NCBI GenBank assembly: GCA_051362555.1
Contig: CM120640.1
Span: 21,142,001-21,206,000 of the forward strand
Reading direction: 5' to 3'
Length of the DNA: 64,000 bases
From: Lingula anatina
Lineage: Eukaryota; Animalia; Brachiopoda
In this document: positions 40,185 to 53,050 of the stretch, piece by piece
Position numbering within the stretch: position 1 is the first letter of the stretch
Layout of the letters: the number at the start of each line of letters is the position of its first letter
Notes under the pieces: model-generated
Databases searched by the model: none
What the model was told of the DNA's origin: nothing
What the model saw: the letters and a program-made list of their open reading frames with translations, nothing else
Position numbers and translations under genes: made by a program

Positions 40185-41990
40185 GTTTAAAGGAAATGAA
40201 GTTTATTGGCTTGAAATTCTGTCCATCACAGTGATTAATAAATGGAAAGATTAAACAATATTTACCAAAACATTTTGTATTGTTCTAACTTGTGCAACAA
40301 GAGTAGCGTCTATTTAAGTCTAATATCTGAAGAATCCGTCGCTTTCTATTCGCGCAATAAGTCCCCATGGTGGACAAACTGGATACGAAACACAATGGAA
40401 AAACATTTGAAAAGCAAAAACTAGGAATTTTTGACAGTTTCTTTGGAATTGGTAAAAAAAACTTTTAAAAGTGAGGTTCCTGGTCCAATGTTGGCAATGA
40501 CGTTGATAACACTTTTAATGAATTTTAAGGCAAAGAATGGGTCCAAATATTACAAATTACCCCATAAGTCTTGCACTATCACTATATTGGACTTAATTCT
40601 TTGAAAAATATCATTACATGTAATGTAATCAATATTACCCTTGGCTGTTCATTTTTGGGTGAAAATAGTAACGACTATCTTTAATGCCTGTAAGGTAATC
40701 AAATGTCAATTTAAAAAACACCTTGATCTTTCGAAACTTCTTTCCCGCTACTGGTAATGCCAAATACGGTGGCTTACTTATGATATTCACTCCAATATTT
40801 TCGATTTTCAGTACACCATTTAATTATAATTTAACCAAACCATAAAAAAACTCTACCATTGACAGAAAATTTCACATTCACCAACAATGTATTGCATTGG
40901 TTTCGAAACAAACAGACTCGGTAGAAATTGATTCTTCAGAGTCCCCTGTGTTGTTGACGGCCCGTTCAGGAATGCTTTTATAGCTCCTTTTATAATCATC
41001 CATTTTTCATAATCACATTCAGTTCCACGACCTGTTGAATTTCATATCAAAGAGCACATGCCCAACCTCATGACTAGACATCACCAGATGGTGATATTCT
41101 CAGAACTAAGTGACAGAGGACTCAAAATCCCTTGGCACCTATGCGTGCAAAGATTTGATTACTTACAAGTCTACAATGTCTTTACAGCCCATTTGCGACG
41201 GTTTGAATTCCGTTTCGCATTCAAAGGCGTTGCAGGCGCTTGGCGAGAAAGAGGGGGCTCAGCTTCCTGCCTTCCATTTTAACCACGCCAGTCATTACGA
41301 AGAAAGGGACACTAAGAAAACCCCTCCCCTCGTCAGTATTTTTATGAGTGGTTAAACCCCAACCATCCTCTTGAAAATTTTTTCCTTCGAGCCCTGTACT
41401 ATTACAAAATTTTGATTTACGATTTATGAAGATAGAGAGCCAATCGAACTTGTCTGTTAAATTGTCTATCGCTACTGTAATTGAGAAAAGTAGTGAACAT
41501 CGTGGACCAGAGGGGAGTGTTAGAAATCGTATTTATATCATGTAATATTAGGGTACAATGATAAGTTGTCACAACTGAACTGTAAAGGTGTTTTTTAAAA
41601 ACTGGCCCTTAATATATGTACATAAGTCCAGTGTGAGTCAAGGCCATTGCCCGAGTGTTATGCAATGATAAGTCTCGCCATAAAATCGGATTTCGGTTAT
41701 TCATTCCGAGTCGAAATAACATGAATAGCATATTATAGAATATAGTATTACAGAAAGTATTTACAAAACAGGGAAAATCCTTCAATTTTAGTTATATTAT
41801 CTGCAATATCTATTCATAAGAGAACCGGTTTATAATTTTTTTGCTATCACGTATGCAATAAGGGAGAGAATACAACTGAAATGCATGGTCTGGCGACACT
41901 CATAAGTGGTCAAGCTCATGGCATTTGTCCCAATTGTTGAACTTTTAGGAAATTATACAAGTGCGTGCATGGAATTAGTTGTAATCCACG

Positions 41991-41998
41991 TATATAAA
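41991..41998 (+). promoter_or_regulatory. Candidate TATA box of lipase C
   Basis: TATATAAA about 60 bp upstream of the ATG at 42059; several GATAAG (GATA) motifs lie further upstream. Confidence 0.4.
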
Positions 41999-42058
41999 TT
42001 GAGCTTATTAAGGGAAGTCTGTCTCTTTTGGCGTTAGAAGGCAATCGGATTCGACGGA

Positions 42059-45000
42059 ATGGCTGTTCTGGTCTTGGTTTTATTTTTTCAGTCTTTATGG
42101 CTCGTATGTAAGTAATAATTAAAGCAAATGTTATATTAGAATTTTAAACATTTCATCGGAAGTGCTGTTATTTGGATATTTGGGTTTAATTCGAATTTTT
42201 AAACGTTTAAGGTACTTTTGAAACTAGCCAATCAAAATAAAGGAAATATTTATCTATATACAGTTTTGTTGTTGACGTCCGCCACTAGATACTCCAGTCA
42301 CTGGTAATACTGTGCAATGTTTCCCTTGTGTTAATTCACCCGTCACTGCAAAATATAAAAACTTTTATTATTCAATCACTGTTTTAACCCGAGTCTTGTG
42401 ACCCGCCTTGTAGAAATCTAAGAAGGCTCAATTTTGCTTACTAGCTGCAGATGCCCGCCAGGTGATCGGCCCAGCAATTGGCAATGCTGTTCCAAATCGC
42501 TTCAGACGTTGGTCAGCCAATGTCTGCTATCCGGATGTAGGTTGCTTCAACAATGCTGCGCCTTTTAACAACGCCTACGATGAAGTCCCGTCAAAACCAG
42601 AAGATATAGGAACAAAGTTCCATTTGTACACTCGATCCAATTCTGATTTTCCACAACAATTGACTTACAACGATGGAGGTAACAGTCTTCGGGTTTCGTT
42701 TTTCAACAAAGACCTTCCAGTAAAATTCATAATTCACGGATTTACAGAGAGTATTGATGCTCCATGGCTTAAGCGTATGTCAGATGCGTTTTTAAAAAAG
42801 GTTAGTACTGTATGTGTCTCAGATCTTTTTAAATATCTCCCTTTTTATATTTTAAAAGGGCAGATATAATTATCTTCAACTATAACGAGATGGGTAGGCC
42901 TATCCTAATTTTGATAGTTTTAGTACAAGTGTGGTCTTATTGTCTTACTTCTTAACATGCACCTGCAGCTTTTATATATAACTTCTATTTTGGGTATCTA
43001 TTGCGTAAATTTAATTTAAAAAGAGCAGATCTCCATGAACATTTCATCAATTCATGTTAAAAGCGAGATTTTGTTTAAAGATGAAAATATACAATCTTCA
43101 CGTTATTTGACGTATCTTTAGGAACCAATGAATGTTATACTTACTGGTTGGAAAGAAGGCGCAAAAGAACCCTACTACCCTAAGGCCGCTGCCAACACGC
43201 GGTTGGTGGGTCGTCAGATTGGTTTATTGGTCAACTTGATGGTCAGTATGATGGGATCCACGTATGATAAGGTTCATCTGACAGGACACAGCCTGGGTGC
43301 TCATATATCTGGTTATGCAGGAGCTTACCTGGACGGGAAGATAGGACGTATTACTGGTGAGACGTCTTTCATTAGTCAAACTATGCCACAATTTGCTACA
43401 ACGGAATTTTTATTTACTAATCTAAAATACATATTGCCTTTTAGTTCACGATTGAAATATTTTCCTTTTTTCAATTCCTACCATATCATATATAGTTTTG
43501 TCGTCAAAAGTACACCAAAGGAATTATTGCGATCGGAATGAAAATATGATAATTAAGAAAAGTAACTACACTCAAATATGTAAAGAAAACCATACAGATA
43601 ATTTAATATAAAACGTTAATGCGTTTTCAAATTTGACCTCAGGTTTGGACCCAGCCGGGCCGTTCTTTGAAAGTTATCCCACAGTTGTCCGCCTCGACAA
43701 ATCTGACGCCAAGTTCGTTGATATCATCCACTCCAATGGGGTGTCCATTACGTCTGGTGGGGCAGGTCTTTCCATAGTTTCTGGCCATGTAGATTTCTAC
43801 CCTAATGGAGGTGAATTTCAACCCGGCTGCGGCGACCCTGTACAAAGCACCCTCGGTGAACTATTCAGTGGAGACTTTGAAGGTAAAAAAAGTTGTCAGA
43901 TAAAGAAATTACTTATTTTAATATAAAAAGATTATCGTTATTGCCATAAGGTCCCATACCTTCACAAGTTATTAGACCCTATAACGATGTCCGATTCAAT
44001 AAATTTGCAGTCTTGTGTAATCTTGTTTACGTTTTAATTTTTCGCTCTTTTAAGGGGCAGGGAATGCTGTGGCATGCAGTCATAACAGAGCGTTTGACCT
44101 GTTCACTGCATCTATTGGTAATAACCGTGCATTCACTTCCTACTCGTGTTCAGATTGGGTAAGTGGTGGTCATGTTTTCTGAATGATTAAATGGCCGTAA
44201 TGTCATTTAAGGGAAAATTCCCAAAGATATTTGGATCGATCTATCTCCTTGGTGAGTCTCACTAAATTGCTATCAACCTAATCGGCTTAAATTTCTGTCA
44301 CGCCTAGTAAAGCTGTTAGGGGGTAATTATCTTTTCTCCCTAGCTGATTTGGTAGGCATGACAGACATTTAAGCAGGTTAGTTGATAGCTATTTAGTGAG
44401 ACTCCCCAGGGAGTTACACCGATCCAGATGGATCGATCTAGGCATGACAACCCAGTCTTTAACTTTTTTAATCAATTATAACTGCCGTTTCTGGTATCAT
44501 AAACGTTGATGCAGCGTTTTATGCCCTTGCGTAGAGAAATAATGAAGAATGATTGTATCAGTTTTATCATTTATTTAACAGCGTGAAGAACTCGATATTC
44601 AACAACATTAAAATGCACAGTTCTGACATAATTTTAAAGATTTAAAAATATTGGCGTTTCTTTTTTTATCAAGGCAAGCATAATAACAGTCACTAAATAT
44701 TTTAGATAACGGCCTAGAAAAAAATTGCACAGATTTTGACAATTTATATTTCAAAATGTTGTTTTTTTACCTCATAAGGATTCATTCTCCGTTGGAGATT
44801 GCTTTGACTGCAGCCGCGGCAGGTGCTCACAGATGGGTTATTATGCAGACCAGTACAAAGCAACTGGAAAAATGTATTTACAAACGCTTGATGAATCTCC
44901 TTTTTATGGTAAGTATTTGATTAAACATGTAGGAAAAATTGTAATGTCGAATACTTGCTGTTAAGGCAAAACAGTATCAAAACAAAAGACCGATAAAGAA

Positions 45001-46323
45001 AAGATACGATGCTAGAATCTTTAAATGTAGGCTACAAATATCATATGATGTTTCGATGTTGTACTGCATAAAGATTTCATGCATGCACATAGAGCTTCTT
45101 TTATTTTCTTAGGTTTCCAATACCTGGTTAAGCTTACAGTCGCAGACGACAGTCAAGGACTAGTAAAAATACGAGTAGTTGGGGAAAACGGTGTATCAGA
45201 CGTTTTAGAGCTTTCTGAGTAAGATTTCCTACATATCTGTAATAAAAATCCTAAAAGTGCTTTTCTGAGACTTAATCTATTACAAAAGCACTTTGTTCCT
45301 ATCGGTTTAGTCTCTTTGTTAATTAGTACAAGCATTTGTATAAAATTCTTACAAGATATAAATATCAGGTGGAGCTAGGAGTTGTATCTGATACAATCCC
45401 TTGGGTGGAGAGAGCAGAGAACTTAATTTGACAATAAGTCGCAGAATAGCCCTTAGTTTGTTTAATTTATTTCAGACAAACAGATACGTTGAAGACTGGG
45501 GATCCTCTCCAGCAAATTTTCATCACTCAGCGCAAATTGGGCAATATAAAAGACGTTCAGGTTTTCTACGACAAACAGGATCGTCTGCTTTGGGGATTTG
45601 TTGCTGGAGGAAGTGACGCATTGACAATAAAGTCTGCTGTTGTTACTGCTGGAGAGTCAAAGCAAAAGTAAGTGTCAACAAACTTATCAGCTCCTTTATG
45701 GCTCCAATACCCATAATGTCCAGTATGCAATAACTGAACTCCGTAGGTAATGGTATTATTTTTCAGCGTAAATATTTCTTTAACTACAAGTTGAGGCATG
45801 TGACACAAAATTCTACTTGAAATAGATCAGGATCACGGTTTTGATTATCGATGTTAACACCATTTATTTCGTTAAAACAATGTATTTAGCCCTTTTTCCG
45901 ATCATGTTTTAAAATTTCGATCGGAAAGACCCATATTTTACCGTCTATTTCCATTGTATGCCTCTTAGCGTTATCTCGAATTCTAATTCTTTTTTTTTTT
46001 ACTTCAAATGACACTTAGTTATATAATAGTTTCAGTTACAAATTGTGTCTTCTAATTAAAATTATGGTTCAAATTCCAGCCCTATTTGAAAAGTCCTCTT
46101 ACATACACCAATTGAATTTTGAATCGTTTAAGGTTTAAGAAAATCTTTCGTAATCTGAAGCTCACACAGTACGGTTGAATTCATGTTAACTGTTATTTCT
46201 CTCAATTTCCCTCGCAGGTGGAAGTTCAACCAAGTTCAAGTACCTGATGACACTTGGGTTTCCACAGTAACCAAGAAGACAATTTCTGATTTCAATACAG
46301 ATGGCGAAATCGTTATTGGTTGA
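42059..46323 (+). CDS. Pancreatic lipase-related protein, copy C
   Basis: Same 9-exon structure (~42059-42107, 42444/42450-42800, 43122-43356, 43644-43882, 44056-44158, 44779-44908, 45113-45218, 45476-45668, 46218-46323). Signal peptide [16 protein letters not shown]; GHSLGAH, GLDPAGP, CSH; ends GEIVIG*. Confidence 0.93.
44232..44440. repeat. Foldback inverted repeat (MITE-like) in lipase C intron 5
   Basis: GAGTCTCACTAAATTGCTATCAAC...GCTTAAATTTCTGTCACGCCTA pairs with TAGGCATGACAGACATTTAAGC...GTTGATAGCTATTTAGTGAGACTC. Confidence 0.8.
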
Positions 46324-47721
46324 GGACTTGTATGATAATGCTAGTACGGCGGAAAAAAGTTTAGTTTCTGATTTCAAGACAGAAGGAGGAATCGTAATTG
46401 GTTGAGTACTTATGAAAAAAATTGTGAGACGCTGTGAGTCGGGAGAGAAAGTCCTGATAAGTGCAGTTGGCTCGTTTGCAGGCGGTACTTATGTCTTCTT
46501 ATGGCTTCTTCTCTCTCTCTCTCCCACGTCTTTATGGATTGATGTAATGATGAGAATGCATAATCTTAAATAAATGTATAATCATAATCGAATTCTGAAA
46601 AAGATCGCCTACTGTTACATATTTGCCTTGATTGTTATCTATTTTATATATAGGTTTATTGTGGTGGGATGCCAAATCAAGAAAACCTGTCATATTAATT
46701 ATGTTACACTTGAAAATTTGAAGTGGTATGAGACTCGAATTCAAAATAATACGTGTGGAACGCAATCATGGTTGAGATTCCGATACGTTTCATTTCTTTT
46801 TGCTTTCCTTCAAATCTTCCTGTAGTCTCAAGTGATACATCATGGGTGAGATATATACCAAGTTACTCACATCTATGCCTGTTTTAAAACATACTGAAGT
46901 CAGTTTCAGGTGGCATCCTTAGTTTAATTGACTAAGTAGCACCCGACATGCAATCGCAGTTTGTAGGATAGGTCACAACTAACACATTTAAATCTTTATA
47001 TAACGGTAACGGCACGTTTTTTTTTTTTTTTTTTTTGGGGGGGGGGGGGGAGCGGGGGTATTAAGATAATGCCACCCTTTTAGACATTGTATACCAAATG
47101 CCAGGTTGCAAGTTTTATAGTGAAATACCTGGGTCTGCTCCCTAGAAACACTGCTTTCAGAAGAGCACGTTTAAATATTTTATTTCACCAAGATCCCATA
47201 GATTTAAAATGCACAGCATTAGAATATACGAGTTTACATTCTGGGTAATACTTCACCCAACCCCCATCCTTTCCACCCAGTCTTCTTTAAACCCCCCCTC
47301 AAAAGAACATAAATACATAATCATAAAAGCTGACCCACTTAAATAAAATGTTTTGATCAGTGGACAACAATGAAGAATTTACATTTCATACTCTACAAAG
47401 AATATAACATCAGATATCACAATGACCCATTGTCTAAAATGGTCTTTACTTGGAAATTTAAGTTACAGATTGAACTTTGTTCAGCGTTCTAGTGTACATC
47501 GAGCTGCACATTCATATCAGTGTGTGGGTTTCCAAGCCTTCATAAATAGTCACCTCATTCTGCAGTTGACAATTGAATTCTATTCTAAACAGATATATGT
47601 TAAGTCCATCAACCTTCTTTGATATATAGAAGTCAACATGGAGACAGCTTTAGTAACAGTGTGTAATATTCATCCAAATAAAGCTTTAATATCAGCAAAG
47701 TTGTGTGAAGCTATGTTGCAT

Positions 47722-50122
47722 TTAAGCAGATTCTGCAGGTTGGTATGGAGGAGGAGGATTCTCACTTTGGCTGATGGCTTCTTCATATTTTGGGGGCAAC
47801 AGCATCTAAAACAAAAGAAATACCATGAACAATGCATGTCTCCCTTGCAAACGATATTTAATCAAGTATGAAACATTTAATTTGTAACTGTGACCAGCAG
47901 ACATGCAAAAAACAGAAGACACCTTCTCAATTTTTGAAAGATGTCTCAAAACTTTTAACGCAAACACACTCTTTCTTACCTCTGCCTCCGAGTCATTGTA
48001 ATGGGCAACAACAGAGTTTGCACAATCCACAGCTTGCAGATACTTGTAGCAAGACCAAACCACCCCCAAGAAGTAGGCCTGTAATCAAAACCAGATGTTA
48101 ACCATGGTTTACAGGGATTACATGCATTGCAAATTACATATAAACTATTAAATACTCCTTTTGGAGGTAAAAACACGAGAACCCCAGCGTTCATGCTTTG
48201 GTTCTTATACTAAGTTTGGGATCAAAATTTTGAGTTATTTTCAAAGGTAGGTACTAAACAGAAAACAATACCATGCTTAAAATATGCAACAAGTACAGTC
48301 AATATCTTTTTCAAAGAACTCAATTACCTTAAGAGAGACCGACAGGACAAAGATAGAAATGACCACAATGGACAAAAGCTGAGGATCACAGTTCATCAAG
48401 TGTTCCTTCAGACAATCAGGGAAATTCTGAAAGACAAGAAAACACAATCAATCCCTTAAAATGCACTCAAAAGCAAACATGTCCACACAAATTAACATGA
48501 GCTATTTTTTAAAATAAAGATATCAGTAAAAATAATTTAAGTATTTCTGGAAGCTGACGTCAAAAGTTTTACTCACATTCTAGCAGAATAAAAATCAAAC
48601 AGTGAAATAAATTGAATCAAGTTCTTTCTTGACTGTCTAAGTTGACAAAATCAAATAACTAACCTGATCTCTAAGGTAAACTTGCACATCTGGCATGTAA
48701 GTGATGTAGCCAATGAAGGTCAAACAGTTTAGGGCAAAGTCAAAAACTTGGAAAGCAAAGAAGGGCAGCAAATATCCAGGACGACCCTAAAAATACAATT
48801 ATATCAGCAAGTTTAAAAGAACTTTACAAGTGGTCTAGCCTTATTATCATTAGTTCTGAGCATTATCTTCAAGCATAAATACTAAAAGTCAGAGTTTTCG
48901 GTGAAAATTTCAATAAATTACCAGGTCCATAAACCAGTAATGGAAATACTTTTTTCTGATATTCCAGCTTACTTTCTAAGGGAAGCACATAATAATTCTT
49001 GAATTGAATTTAGCAGTGTTGGTCCTACCTTTAAAGCTCCATATAAGAGACAGATAGTGAGGAAGATAATCCCAAGAACTACAGCCATACCAATGTACAA
49101 ATCATCTGAAAGAAAAAATAGAGAATATTTCTAAATACAATACAGTTATCTAGGCTATTTGCCAAGAAATTGAGCACAATTAAGCAAAAAATCTACACCT
49201 GAAATTAAACCCATCCATCCTGTCAAAATGGGGTGATACTCTGGACATTTTTGAAGTGAAAAATAAAAACTGACTCCTGGATAATAGAATATTAATTTAC
49301 ATTATTAACATTTCAATAAAAGAGCAGTGATATCTAAATATTTAACTGTATAAAAATAAAATAATGAAAATAACACCTGTTGTCCACTTGCGTTGGTGCC
49401 AGTACAGATTGTCCATCATATCATAATCAAACGCATCCAATGCTGGCTCCACTGCTTTAGAATCATATTGCACCTCAAAAAAGTCAACAGCAGGGCTAGG
49501 TGTTGTACTGCTCACCACAGGATTTGTAGTGGGGTCTGTACCTTGGAACTGTTGCAGTATCTCTGGATGAATGAATGCCAGCACTAGTAACATCAAGGCA
49601 AATACCTGGGCAATCTGAATAATTAAACACAAAAATATTAATCATTAGTATTAACATATCCTTACTGTCATTAAAAAGCATGTTAAAAGAGAATTCCACG
49701 TCATCCCACTTTTTTTTTTTAATGAAGGCTGAATTTTGCAACAAAGCAAGTCAACGTCGTCATAAAAGGTAGACTTACCCTTCAAGAAATTGACAAAAAA
49801 GATCAGTGTGAACAAAGTGTCAGTATAAATCACAAGCACATATAATGCAACATTTGACACTTTGTTTTAGATGCTTCATTTTACTTGACAGCTCAGAGTG
49901 TTTGTGTCAGTCATGCAAAAAAAAAAAAAAAAAAAAAAAAAGTTTGGTTTCACCGCATTCTCTATCGTAGCTTGCAAAACTGAATAATATTTGTTGATCA
50001 AACACCTTTATATTAGGTACAAACCAATTAAATATAATGCAACATTTAACACTTTGTTTCAGATGCTTCATTTTACTTGACAGCATAGTGTTTGTATCAG
50101 TCATGCCAAACAAAACAAAAAA

Positions 50123-50167
<45 letters not shown>

Positions 50168-51299
50168 TTTCATTTTTTTTTTGGTTTACTTAAAAGTGTC
50201 AATTTGTTGATTGTTGAGGGTGAGTCTAAACTTAACCTTTGAGGCAGGGTTCTGGAGGCACAAGGATTCATTACATGATATTATCACAAGACATTGCTCT
50301 TGAACATATTTGTCGCTTTGTCATAAAAAATATTACTCAAATGTGATATTGTAAATATGACACAAGTCGTAAGTATTTGATTCAGCCTGGTTTTAGTTTC
50401 ACTACATTCTCAATCTTGTGACTTGCAAAACTGAATAAAATTTGTTGATCAAACACCTTTAAATTAGGAACAAACCAAATAAATAAAATAATAAACTAGA
50501 AAAGCACTCCGAGAGCGCAGACCTCTGCCAAGGCAGCGATTTTTTTATATTATTGATTATTAAAGGGATAATAACTCTTCGTATGAGATCTATATTTCAT
50601 AATAAAAACCTTGTGAATAACTCATAGAAATATAATATATTCTGTTTTACCACACAAACAGCAGTTATAGCTTTTATTCTGATATTTGAACTTGTCTTTA
50701 GACCACGTGACCTCCATTGATGTCTATACTCTGTTAAAATCTCTTAAGAGATTTAAACAAAAAACCAAACTTTTAAGAAAAAAACCAGGGACTAACTTTG
50801 AATGTAAAAATGGATTCATTAACCATTGGTAAGTATGGGAAAATTGTTGTTTACTCCAGGAAAATTCATTTTTTGGCCGAAACGAAGAGTTATTATTGCT
50901 TTAACTGATAATTGATCCAGATCACCACCAAAAACTAATCACTTCTAAGTTAACCCATTTCCCACCTACCCTAAAAATAACTTTTTATGTTGATGACAAA
51001 CAAACAAACAGACAGACAGGGGTGAAAACATAACCTCCTTGGCTGAGGTAATAAATAAATACATTTGGTTCAGTTGACAACCACAACTACAAACGTTTTA
51101 CTTGACATTTAGGCATATACTAATACATGCCCGGCTAAGATAATGAGAAAATTAATAATCTTGTAAGATAAAAACAGGCTATTTTACATGCTCTACCTAC
51201 CAGCTCCAGGATTCCAAGAATAACTGTTCCAGTTCGTACATGACAACAGAAACAGCATTTATACTCGCTTGAGTTCTTTGGTTGGACTTTCGTCCGCAT
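47722..51299 (-). CDS. LAPTM4: Lysosomal-associated transmembrane protein 4 (LAPTM4A/B co-orthologue)
   Basis: 7 coding exons (~51299-51201, 49615-49378, 49106-49030, 48786-48664, 48427-48329, 48078-47980, 47805-47722). N-terminal CCFCCHVRTGTVILG, GYLLPFFAFQVFDF, VVWSCYKYL, and C-terminal PY/YxxPhi motifs LPPKYEEA and PPPPY. Confidence 0.93.
50125..50164. repeat. (GA)n microsatellite
   Basis: Read directly from the sequence. Confidence 0.9.
50494..51053 (+). mobile_element. HINE/DINE-like element, family 3
   Basis: 5' end AACTAGAAAAGCACTCCGAGAGCGCAGACCTCTGCCAAGG; 3' (CAAA)n(CAGA)n then ACCTCCTTGGCTGAGGTAAT; subterminal inverted repeat ACCTCTGCCAAGG/CCTTGGCTGAGGT. Lies in LAPTM4 intron 1. 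Confidence 0.7.
50560..50904. mobile_element. TTAA-flanked MITE nested in the family 3 element
   Basis: TTAAAGGGATAATAACTCTTCGT ... ACGAAGAGTTATTATTGCTTTAA imperfect TIRs, with TTAA at both ends. Confidence 0.7.
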
Positions 51300-51589
51300 G
51301 TTGGCTTCTTTTTCGTTGTCTGATGCGTTAAAATGTATTTGGTTATAACAGCAAGTTTTCTTCTTGTCTCAACGAAATAAATATGGCTGCTGTCTGGTAA
51401 AAAAGAAAGTAGTACGGTAGAAAGAATCAATGTTAATAAACAAAAAATACACCTAAAATAGCTCTTACCCTTTGTGTTGAATAATAATCTAAAGCTAATC
51501 AAATTTATTAGACCATAAAACAACATTTAACTGAGTTATCTTGTTAATATAGGTAATATTATAGGAACTATTTTATGAGTAACAACAGT

Positions 51590-51597
51590 TGACGTCA
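51590..51597. promoter_or_regulatory. Full palindromic CRE (TGACGTCA) upstream of LAPTM4
   Basis: Exact TGACGTCA about 290 bp upstream of the LAPTM4 ATG; a possible 5' UTR splice donor lies near 51466. Confidence 0.35.
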
Positions 51598-53050
51598 TAG
51601 TATGAAACCATGTGTCGCTTTGATTATACCGCATCTTCAAATCGCCGATCTGCTATGCTATACACCTGCAGTAATGCATTTCAGAAGGGAATCTCCATGT
51701 GTTAGACCTGTATGCGGCACGTATTTTATTTTAGTTACCAATAACTTATTCATTTATTCTAAATTATATTTATCTGGTGCAAGAAGTTATAAAGAGAAGG
51801 AGTAGAAACAAGGGGTTTCCTTTCATCCTATCCTCGTAACGGGCTTAATCCTAATAATTACCCAGCTTGTGGTCTTAGGGAGAGCTTGTGCCTAATACAT
51901 ATTCAAAAGACCGTTCACGTGGGTTGCTTCAGCCAATTGGGATAAAGCCTCGCGAAGTCTCTAATAATCTCACAGAGAAAACATGGTGGGATTACAGAAA
52001 GGTGTAGAGAGAGATTTCAAGCCTGGACGCAACCATTTCGGGAAATAAAACTCAAATCATGCGAGATACACCTTCATTTGATCTAGAGCCGATCAGTTAT
52101 ACAAAAATTAGTTTCACATCAAGAATGTATGAGAACAATTTCACAAACCCACCTTCAACGCTAAAATTTGCACCTGTAGAAGTCTCATATTTATTTTAAA
52201 TTATTTTTGTCGTGTAAAGGCGTGTAAAGGAAATTTACCTTCATCTAGGAATGACACATTCAATTCACAGCCGTGTACACAAAACAGTAGTACTTGCAAT
52301 TTCCGTATACCAGCCTCGTTTCTTTCTTTTTTGGCACATTATTGCTTATATACCAGGTAGAGCTTAAACAGGAAAATTGGGGAAATGAAAATAAGTTATT
52401 GCACTTAGTATGATTCTAAATAAAATTTCATTAATACATATTTTTGTTTATATCTTTGTCTATTACATGAGGCCAACTAATAGTAGACTGATAGTTTAAA
52501 TTCATTAGAAGAAAAAATCAAAGATATTTTTATTGATTGATATTGCTTTATTTCAACATTCGAGCAACTTGTATAATATCTAAAACAAAGTACCAGCAAT
52601 GAAAATATATCAATATTGTTACACCCAACAGTGATTAAAGCAATACAAAAATGGTTAGTTTTTATTTTGATGTGGTGATTATTTTATTTTATACTTTAGA
52701 CAATTAGCCAGTGACCACTAAATTCCCTTTTAAAACTTGGACCACTAAATTCCCTTTTAAAACTTGCACCTCTTGTGCACTATAGTTTAATATTAGTGGT
52801 GGTAAGAAAACAGAGCCTTGTGCCTCATCAAGTTGCTGCTGGAAACAATCATTTTGACTGTTCAATTATGGCTACATGTACATCTGCCAGCAAAACTAAA
52901 GATCTTTCACCTGTATTCTCTTCAACCTGAAATGAGTAAGTGCGGAATTCATTACAAAATATAACTCTATATCCTAAACGAAACTCTGCAAACATCATAT
53001 TGCAATGAAAAATTGAAAAAAATTCCGAGAGTTCCCTGTCATCAAATTTT

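Noticed and set aside
46321-46340. Selenocysteine or in-frame readthrough at the lipase C TGA
   Set aside because: In-frame TGA and TAA follow within five codons, and no SECIS was recognised.
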